DNA of 33,209 nt from Perkinsus chesapeaki ATCC PRA-425 (lineage: Eukaryota; Protista; Perkinsozoa). Where the stretch lies: NCBI GenBank assembly GCA_013115145.1, contig JAAPAO010000398.1, positions 1 through 33,209 of the forward strand. Reading direction: 5' to 3'. Numbering within the stretch: the stretch's first letter is position 1; each line of letters starts with the position of its first letter. A program made the translations under genes and the position numbers. The notes beneath the pieces were generated by a model. That model had not been told where the DNA came from, ran no database searches, and saw only the letters and a program-made list of their open reading frames with translations. Below are positions 11,723 to 20,273 of the stretch, piece after piece.

Positions 11723-12391
11723 CCAAGAGCGTGGGGTAAAGGAAAATTGAAACTAACCGACAGGACATTCGTTACTTGAAATAGGTCAAAGTTCGCCGCT
11801 TTTTTGCAGGAAACGGTACCTGTAGGCTGCCGCTCAACGTGACGCCACGTCGGAAGCCTACGTCACTGTCGTTTGCACAGCTTATGCGCCTTGACTTGTG
11901 GAAAACGAGTCCTCCTCACAACTGCCATCGTACGGTACAATTTGTACCCTCCAACTTTCGAATGAGCAGCGTACTTCTGAATGAGCCGCGTTCGCACCGC
12001 GCGGCGTACCGTGAGCAACCGATAACGGTCAGTAGCAGCCGGGCTGTTTTCAAGAGGCTCAAACTTCATATGTAGTCTTCATAATGTAGAGCCGAAGTAG
12101 AACTAGCGAATCTGATCTATAACGGTTTTTGAGGCCAAGTCACACGTCAGTCGTATGCTAGTTATTGTTAACTAAATTTAGCTTCTGCACTGGAGGGTGA
12201 GCTACGCATATTGCATGATGATCGGTAGTTATCACGGCCATCTCGCTAAGCAGATCCTTGAGCAGATGAGATTTTCGCGCAGTCTACGGTAACGCGACTA
12301 GCAGGGGACATGAGAGATCAACAAATAGATTCCAATTCTATTTGGTTACGTTTCGCAACGCGAAGAATTCACAAGCCTTTCGACACAAGAG

Positions 12392-12415
12392 GTGCATGCT
12401 GTGCATGCGTGCATG
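12392..12415 (+). promoter_or_regulatory. Three tandem GTGCATG motifs upstream of Cys-rich gene copy 2
   Basis: GTGCATG occurs at 12392, 12401 and 12409, about 135-155 nt before the ATG. Confidence 0.4.
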
Positions 12416-12548
12416 TAGTTCAAAAGGTGCTTCACTTCTGGTACTTCAGCTATAGTAACATTTATCAATTATATATGACCATCTTCCTTGGTGGAAAACT
12501 TCCGTACGCTTATTTCCTGTTTCTCAGTTGATTAATTATCTCTTCTCC

Positions 12549-12956
12549 ATGAAGTTCACCATCGCTGCTGTTGCCTTCACTGTTGCCGTTGCCGAGTATT
12601 GTCAGGATATTTGTGACAGTCACTCGGCCTGTGCTGATTCTAAGTATGGTTCTTATTGTAAGGGTAATGGAGTCTGCTTTGGTCTCTATCATAAAGATGA
12701 TGGTTATTGCTTCCAACCCACTGAGCAGGATACCTGTGATGACTACACTCTCGAGCCGGTTGCCTGTCCCGAGCCTCAACCTAGTTGTCAAGATATCTGC
12801 AATGGCATGCCTCAGTGTCGTGACTCCAAGTGGGGTTCTTACTGCAAGACCTGGCAGGATCCTCAGGTCTGTTTTGGTATTATTAAGAAGGATGATGGAA
12901 GTCTTTGTTTCGCTCCAACTGATGATGAGTGTGAGGGTGAACCCTATTATTGCTAA
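12549..12956 (+). CDS. Secreted cysteine-rich protein, copy 2 (135 aa; one residue, K vs Q, differs from copy 1)
   Basis: Same features as copy 1, with the acceptor-like sequence cttatttcctgtttctcag upstream of the ATG. Confidence 0.9.
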   Translation: MKFTIAAVAFTVAVAEYCQDICDSHSACADSKYGSYCKGNGVCFGLYHKDDGYCFQPTEQDTCDDYTLEPVACPEPQPSCQDICNGMPQCRDSKWGSYCKTWQDPQVCFGIIKKDDGSLCFAPTDDECEGEPYYC

Positions 12957-13048
12957 GTCAATCTTTTAACTCATATTTTTGATAATAATGATTTAAATAA
13001 TAATATTAATGTGTCTCTCAGTACTAGCTCTGTTTTGTTATTAAAGTG

Positions 13049-13059
13049 GCATTCTGAAA
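13049..13059 (+). repeat. Right copy of the 11 bp direct repeat, GCATTCTGAAA
   Basis: 10/11 match to 9548-9558. Confidence 0.7.
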
Positions 13060-13336
13060 GGGTGGTAATCGGAATTCGAATATTTTTCGTAAAAAAGGAT
13101 ATTACTTCAGCAGTCTTATAATTCTGACAATGCATTGCATTCAATTCGGTTAACTGTCGGATGCGTTTGATAGACTATCATTTCCTGCACTGTCTCTTTG
13201 ACAATTCTTGTTGTACTTTGTTCGTAATTCCTGCTTTGTGATTGTGTTGAATTATTTCCATTGTATTCATGCATTTTCAACGCAACCAAGCATCTTGCCA
13301 TGAGCAACATCATATTCTCCATCGCCATTATCATGC

Positions 13337-14830
13337 TCAATGCCTAGTCTCTGGCATTTTAGGGTCAACCCAGTCCGGGACGTAGCATGGCGAGTAAGGC
13401 TTGTCTTTGGTGTAGGCATGAGGGTCGCAGTTCTTCTTGCGGGTCTGAGAGAGTTCATTATGCAATTTGGTTGAAGCACCGCAGCCGCTACCTGCGGAGG
13501 AGTCTCCCCAACTGACTGCTTTGATCGGAGTTGACCGGATTTGTTCTAAAAATGTAAGCATTCTCTGCGACACAAAATATGTCCCATTCTGTAACACTCA
13601 CCTTGATGGCCAAGAAGGACTCATTCTCACTCGGAGCTGTCACGGCACCGACCGCCTGAGCAGCCTGAGCGACCTCGGCAACCTTATCAACTGGTGGCGC
13701 GGGCTCTTCAGGCAACTTGGTAGCGTAGCGTCCAACCTGATAACAACACAAACTTCAACCTTCAAAGAGCTTGGGAGTTCACCTCGTCCCAAAGTTCAGA
13801 TCCAGAAGTTCGGTGAGAGATATCAAGTTGAACTTTCTGAGAAAGAAGGCAAATGTCCAGCGCGGTTGGGAGGAGCCTTACCGTGGCCTTTGGAGCCGTT
13901 TGTTGAACAACACCACCGCCCTCAGCCTCTACTGGGGCAGGAGCCTCAGGCTCGAAGTTCTGACAAAGGCAACAACATCGTAGTAGCCTATGGGGAGCCT
14001 ATCCGAGCTCACCTCGGAAGCCTCAATGGATTGGATCACATCATCCGTATTAACGGGACTCTGGCTCACTTCACGGATGGCTTGGATCGACTGGCCATGC
14101 TGAAAAGGGAATCAGAAGAGCGGCGATTATTCGGTGAAGTTCCTACATCACATCCGAGCTCCTTCTTGGCCTCCGCGACGAGAGCATCATCCGAAGTCTG
14201 CAGCTGCTGGCGGAGGTCATCGACTCTAATATTACACAAAGCTTCACAAATGATGCACTTGTGCACTCACTCGGGGGAGTCGAAAAGGCCCTGTGTGGTC
14301 TGCTGCACCGGCACCTTTCCAGTGACGTACTTTGAAGAATCAAGCTTGACTGGGAACCTGGCAAGTCCCGCCATCATCGACGGGTAGGCCGACGCTCGAG
14401 CATCCTTACTGTTTCTCATCCCATTCGGGACGATACGCGTGGAACTTTGGCTCGGTCGGCTTCAGTTCTCGAGGACGATTCACCTTGTTCGTCAGCGACT
14501 CAAAATCACCACCTTGCGGCTCCAACAAAGGCTGATCTTTGTTCCACTGAGACAAGCAAGTCACGCGCCGCGAAACTACGCGGCAACGTTACTGTAGCGC
14601 CCATGTCGAGGGCCTGATAGTTGGGCTCGTACTCGGTATTGAGGGGTTCTTCCTCAGTTAGCTCCACTGGTCGCTCGACCTCCACCGATTCGGTCTGAAC
14701 AGGCGAGGCCGGTTGGATGATGATGAGCTAACCCTGTAATTCTGCTCACTGGCTCTTCGTGTGTCCTAATCCTCAAGGCGTTGGCAAGTAGAGACAATGC
14801 CCCGACAAGTGCGATGGTGGTGCGAATCAT
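13337..14830 (-). CDS. Secreted acidic/Pro-rich protein, paralog B, 11 exons
   Basis: Signal peptide MIRTTIALVGALSLLANA and ten short GT-AG introns, all in frame. Ends with KKNCDPHAYTKDKPYSPCYVPDWVDPKMPETRH*. Confidence 0.85.
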
Positions 14831-14935
14831 TATTAATAGGAATTTAGTAGTAGCTGTTGGAAGGCAATCTCAGAGGGTAGAAAACACAAACCTTAAATGT
14901 GGACACCGCACACCATGCCGTAAACGCGGCGGCTT

Positions 14936-16867
14936 TCACCAGCTTTGGATCACTTTGTGACCGGAATGGCGAAGGAAGGATCTGACCAAGTCAGCCAACA
15001 GCAGTCAGGCCGAGGGAGCGACGCCCTGAGCGACTTACGTTTTGACCGGCAAGGCTGCGGCAGCGGCCGCAGCTGAGCCCTCCACCACAGTGGCTGCTGG
15101 AGTGTCCGCTGTTGTGCTGCCCTCTCCTCCTTCAGACGTGCTGGGGGTCGACACTTCACTCTCGGGTGAGGATGCGGCCGCGGCGCCACTGGCAGGACGT
15201 AACGAGTGAGCAATAAAACGGATTATGTTAGTAAACTCGGACTCACCTAGTTGCTGGCTCTCCATTTTTCATTTTCTCAGCGGTTGGATCTTCCCAAATG
15301 GGTCTGTAGGGGCAGGGATGATACTCCTCGCGAGATGTCGAGTCGTAACCTTCTTCGCAAGGCTGAACAGGAATGAGATATGAAATAGCTAAGCTGGTCG
15401 AGCACGTTGATTGACATCTAAAGGTTGCGAGTTCCAATCCCTCACCTCACCTTTTCTTTCTCGCCTTCTATGGCCTTTTCCTCACTGGCAGCCGCGGCCT
15501 CCTGAGCTTCACCAGGGCTCGAGGAGCTCCTTTCCAGGAGCGATTCCGAGGAAGTCTCCGAGGTTGGAGGTTTCTCGATCGTTGCAGCCTCTTCGACGTT
15601 GTCCACGTGCCTGCTCCCCGCCGCAGCTACTGACCCACGAGGCAGGTGACTATGAGCCTTACTCTTTTAGCTTCCCTTCTCTTATGTCCTGAACTCGCTT
15701 AATCAGCCTCTCTCGGTGAGCCTCGGAGTCGACCTTCTCGCGTTCCTTAATGTTCATTCTAGCACTCTTTGCATGTTGCAATGCCTGACAACGAAACAGA
15801 CATAACCCCACTGGAAGGTGGTCTCGGGTTCGATCCCGGCGGCTGCGTCCACTTACTGCATTAAAAATGTCTCCTCCAGTCTCTCGATTGACATCCAGCT
15901 TGACAGGCTAACAAAGCAGCAGCAATCGTCAATTACACCGCATCACTCCAGCATACCTCTGGTTCCTTCTCAGCCTCTTCGTCCGCCGGCATCTCAGTGG
16001 GCACAGCTTGGGCGGGCTCGGGAGTAGATACCTGCATGTCACGACGGTCGTGGGTTCGAACCCCGGTGACGGCAACTTACTCCTGGCGCCTCGACCTTAT
16101 CAACTGCAGGATCCTCCTGTATGGGGTTCTCGGCGATCGCTTTGGCCTCCTTCATCGCAGGACTTTTCTGGAATCAGAAACTTGCACCCAGGTTCGATCC
16201 GCGGCTGGTAACCTCTAGCTCTTTCTCTGCCTTCGCCGCAGCCGGTGATTGATCCGGTGGTCCGTTGGCTTCTTCTTCAAGATCGTCGAACCTAACACAG
16301 AGTACACTGCCTTCCATTCAAGGAGGAGACTCACGCTTGACCAGGGTCGCTGAGGACCTTCACAGCCTCGGCCTTTACTGGGACAGCACCCGAGCAGGTC
16401 GGTCGCCGAAAGTATTTGGTCACCCTAAGACGATAGCCGAAATCAATGTTATACATAAACCTGATTCGTCTACTCTTTAGCGTCGATACTGTAGTCACGA
16501 ATCGCGAACTTCGGTTCGGGTTCCTTTGGTTTTGGCGGCACAGCCTCGGAGCCGACCATGACGCTGAAGTCGGCTCCTTTGTTCTCCAACTCAGGAAGGT
16601 CATCAGTAATCTCCTGAAGATAGCACGCATGCACAAACAAAGACCGCGAATCAACCTCAAGAGTATCTTTACCTTCATTTTTTCGACCTTCTCAGGTTTC
16701 GGTTTATCCGCTGTCGTTTCGAGGACATCTCCAGGATCATCGACCTTGTGTTCTGGTAAATCGTCCTTTACGAATTCCGCGTTAGTATCCGGTGACTCCC
16801 TTATAACGCCCCTCACTAGAGTTGCTATGATCGTCCATATTAAAGTCGTTCGGTAGAGATATGTCAT
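14936..16867 (-). CDS. Secreted acidic/Pro-rich protein, paralog A, 12 exons
   Basis: Signal peptide MTYLYRTTLIWTIIATLVRG and eleven 43-88 nt GT-AG introns in frame. Shares GADF/GGDF..EPKF, DDL, KEL, V(K/Q)LD and C..PCxx.PxWxDP blocks with paralog B. Confidence 0.83.
15379..15451 (+). pseudogene. Degenerate full-length tRNA-like sequence, antisense inside intron 9 of paralog A
   Basis: TAGCTAAGCTGGTCGAGCA (A box and D arm), then ATCTAAAGGTT, then GAGTTCCAATCC (B box), at exact canonical tRNA spacing with no indels. Acceptor and anticodon stems do not pair. Confidence 0.65.
15819..15851 (+). pseudogene. tRNA 3'-half remnant (Gly-like), antisense inside intron 7 of paralog A
   Basis: GGTC-TCGGG-TTCGAT-CCCGG-CGGCTGCG-TCCA: variable loop, T arm and acceptor 3' strand. 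Confidence 0.55.
16045..16074 (+). pseudogene. tRNA 3'-half remnant, antisense inside intron 5 of paralog A
   Basis: CGGTC-GTGGG-TTCGAAC-CCCGG-TGACGGC-A: 4 of 5 T-stem pairs, canonical spacing, directly followed by the antisense donor ACTTAC. Confidence 0.6.
16186..16213 (+). pseudogene. tRNA 3'-half remnant (Gly-like), antisense inside intron 4 of paralog A
   Basis: CCAGG-TTCGATC-CGCGG-CTGGTAA-CC resembles a tRNA-Gly 3' end of the type CCGGG-TTCGATT-CCCGG-CTGGTGC-A (recalled sequence, about 19/24 positions). Confidence 0.45.
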
Positions 16868-16949
16868 AATTGAACAGTAATGGCTGCAGTCGTCCTCGCT
16901 TACGTGGGCCCCAATCTACATTTTCTCAACGCCTACTCAGTACATATCT

Positions 16950-17094
16950 CCCGAAATAGTCAATTAAACCCGAAATAATAACCACTATCACATTTCATTG
17001 ACAGCAGAGTCCAGCAACCTCCCCTGCGCAAAGCTGCCGTTCTACGATCGCAGCCTGCCGCGAAGTTGCGCCGACAAAAGCGCACGCCCGAAAT
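16950..17094. promoter_or_regulatory. Bidirectional promoter region with three copies of CCCGAAAT
   Basis: 270 bp lies between divergent ATGs at 16867 (-) and 17138 (+). The 8-mer occurs at 16950, 16969 and 17087. Confidence 0.4.
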
Positions 17095-17137
17095 TGTGAA
17101 CTTGTGCGTCCCAACGAAATGAGCGCCTCACCGCCGG

Positions 17138-19731
17138 ATGAACCTTCCTTGTTTACTTATCATCCCTTACTTGCTTGTAGGGGCAACATCACCGAGCTTC
17201 GTGAAAATAAAAAGTCTCGAGGAGTTCAATAAGGCTATTCATGATAATGATTTCGTTGTTGCTGTTTTTGGATCAAAGTGGTGTGGTCGGCTTTGCGTCT
17301 GGGCAGCTCGAGCGGTAAGCATATAGGGACCGGATGGATTATCACTCAAACGAATCACAGATGATCACTCACTGGATGATCAAACAAAAAACCTTACCAC
17401 TGAATTTTCCTGCAGTGCAAGTGACGGTGTATTTCGGGAGCGGTAAGATGTTATTTACGCCCACTGCACGAAACGAGTTCCGGTGTTTTGCCCATTGTAC
17501 AGCTCGCTCACCGATGAGTGCTGTTGGTGTTTGTAGTTGACCTGGTCGCAGGTTCTTGAAACGGCTAAAATCCTACCGAGTGACCTTAGTGGCGTGCATG
17601 GTCAGGATGAAGCCGACGAATTGGTGATACCGATTTTTCCGACGATCCGATTGAATTCGGGGTATACCTTCCCTCAGGAAGCTTTAGACCATCCTGACAA
17701 CGGCCTTCTCCTGTTGAAGGTCGATGGTGGTCGAAAGGTCAATGGGGAGATCCTGGCTCAAGAGAGTGTGCTGGGATACCCTGCGATACACTTATATGTC
17801 AGGGGCTACAAGCATGTGTAGGCCGAGGTTCGATCCCCAGGCCATCCATTTTTACTCCAATAGGTTCGAGATGGCGTACCGTACGCCAGAGCTGCTTCAT
17901 CCGTGGATCGTGTTTATTATCTCCCACAGTCCGATTCGGCTGAGTGCCTCCCACGGATCCGCTTGCGCGGGGATCTTGGACCTTCCCGTCGGGCTCGTGG
18001 CGCTCCTTCGTGCGCCAGAGGGGACCCTTTGGAATGTTATCAACAATTTGGGGAGTAAGTTACATTTGTGATAGCTCCCCCAGAGCGGTCTGATTCGCGG
18101 GCACGCGTGACCTTGCCAGCTTACGCCGATTCTCGCATATATTTCGCAATCGACCGCAATCGAACGAAGGATGAGATGGTCTACTGCACCTCGGAGGGGC
18201 TCACATTACCGTTCCCCTCACTGAATGCTGATGACGCTCCCGAAGATGTCCGGAAGGCTGCGGGGATGTTTTTGGACCGCCATACGACCAAGAGGGTAGC
18301 TGGTCAATTTATATGGCTGAGTCTACCAACGACTTAGGTTACTCTGCTCGATCCACAGCGGGTTCATCGCTACGTGTCCGGTGGATTCCCGATGGTTGTA
18401 TTTGTTCTGGTCGCAGTGGACTTAAAGGGGGCGCGAGAGAGACTGACAGAATTGGAGCCATCTGCGAATCAATTATCCTCAACGGATTTGTGGAATATAT
18501 GGATCCCAGCACTACCGGAAATTGCGAATGTCATGGACGAGTTGACCGAGTCGTCATGGATACATCTTCGGAAGCGTAAGGTCGTGACCTCCACATATTT
18601 TCTTCGGTGTATGTGTCTCGTCATCTTCTATTGCCTGTTCCGGCGGTCTACATCTTCCTCTGCTTTCGAAGCTGCTGTTGCCCATACATACCACGACTCA
18701 ACCGCCTAGCCAGTGACGTTCGACAAAACGACAAGACTGACGAATGGTTTCTAAAATCCGTTTAAAATCGTCGCATTTTCATTTTGAGATGTTCTCTATC
18801 GCAGACTTTGACATCGACGGAGCTGCCGACATCCTCACTGTTGTCGTTCCCCATGTCCCCAGCTCAGACATCGGTCTCTGGCGCTCGCCAGGCAATGGTC
18901 CCAGCCAAGATCAACTATCATCGGTAAGTTGGAGGAGGCCACCGACTTCCACGGGGACTTGTCCTTCTCAGGTCGCCGAGGCGTGGGAGCTTTTGCACGG
19001 AGTGCAAGTGATGCTTAACCAGTGGTTCGGCTTGGATACAACAAACGGCAGATCGAAGGTCGGAAAAACTGACACGATTCTCACAGGCCGATTTGCAGCA
19101 GCTCCTCGCCTACGAGCCTTTCGAGGAGCGAAAATATATTTTGGAGCTGGACGGTGGTGACCTGCCGGAAGCCATTGGGAGTTTTGTTGCTGATGTGGTC
19201 CGTGGGGGTATCGAACCGAGGCGAATCGCTCAAACGCATGAGAGTGCGTCTCGGGCGGTGCAAGAGGTAGGCGGACGCGAATAGGTTTCAGAATCTCTAA
19301 AGTGGAATATCTTGCCAAGCTACGGCGCCTCTGAATTGCAGATACACCCCTCCATCGAGGCGATGACTACGGACACTATACCGAGATTTATGAAGTCTCC
19401 GATGACTCCAGTCCAGTTGCATCTACTTCTCGTTTATGCGCCGTGGTGCGTGCACTGTGTAACATTCATGTGGCATGTTCTGCGGCCTCTCGCCGAGAAC
19501 AGTATCAGCGAGCAGCTCGAAATTTTTGTCATCGACGGCACGGCGAATGAGCTGCCACGAACGCTACGCGACCATGTGGAGGGCTATCCGACGTTGTTGA
19601 TGCACGATGGTGATGTGATGTCAAGCTATCCCATGTACGACACTGCGAATATGATGCACGTGTTGGAATGGATTAAGGAACACTTTAACATGGCTGTCGT
19701 TTCGGTGGAATCTGATCGGGAAGAACTATGA
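17138..19731 (+). CDS. Protein disulfide isomerase/thioredoxin-family ER protein, multi-exon
   Basis: Signal peptide, then FGSKWCG, LKVDG...GYPAIHLY and a b'-like KYILELD...IGSFVADVVRG. The last domain has YAPWCVHC...IDGTANEL...EGYPTL, and the protein ends in REEL*. The first-domain splice path is unresolved. Confidence 0.82.
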
Positions 19732-20273
19732 CTTTAAGCTCAGCGACTTTGAGTTAAGGATATCTCAACCCCGAAGAAAGATAGCTAACCTTACCTCTGC
19801 TTAGAACACACCGACTGCGAGGACTCGAGCTGTATTTCCAAGCTCTTTGTGCGTGCTCAATTGTTTCGAAGTCCGTCAATGTCCGCATCCTCCATACCTG
19901 AGATACACAGAATCAAAACGTCTTGAATTGGCGATTGAAAGTTCTCTTAGATTGAAAACCAACTGCAGCGGTCCCACGTCTTGTTAAATAAAGGGCAGGC
20001 GAATTGCATCCATTTTCATCGACTTGAGGCATCGCAGGCACAGTCAACGAAATTTGGAGTAATAAGTCGATTTCAATACGTACTGTAGGAGTGTTGGGTC
20101 CTTCAACCATTTCAAATGTGCAGCGATGAACACAGAAAAGGTTCTTCAGAAAATTGCCGTTGACTAGTAACTCGAAAAGTGTTGCATTTAGACATAACAG
20201 CATTCACATTAAGATAAACATAGCGTAATTAGGAGGACAACTTAAAGGCTTAAGATTGAATGAAAAAATACAA

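Larger units (their letters stand above)
12344..13047 (+). repeat. Right arm of a 704 bp inverted repeat
   Basis: Mirror of 9560-10263; paired coordinates always sum to 22607. Confidence 0.97.
9559..13048. mobile_element. Putative non-autonomous long-TIR (Pack-MULE/foldback-like) element carrying three secreted-protein genes
   Basis: 704 bp inverted arms, a 2080 bp spacer and flanking 11 bp direct repeats. No transposase ORF is visible. Confidence 0.5.

Noticed and set aside
10264-12343. Transposase in the palindrome spacer
   Set aside because: No DDE-like or long ORF. The only credible gene is the spliced Cys-rich one.
13467-14387. 306 aa plus-strand ORF
   Set aside because: It lies antisense to the well-supported 11-exon paralog B and has no motif of its own.
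15379-16213. Functional tRNA genes
   Set aside because: Acceptor and anticodon stems do not pair and three copies lack the 5' half, so they are reported as remnants only.
19205-19221. Antisense T-loop-like GGTTCGATACC
   Set aside because: It lies in a PDI coding exon and its stem does not pair. It serves as an example of the chance background.
19913-20203. 96 aa minus-strand ORF
   Set aside because: No motif or supported exon chain; left uncalled.
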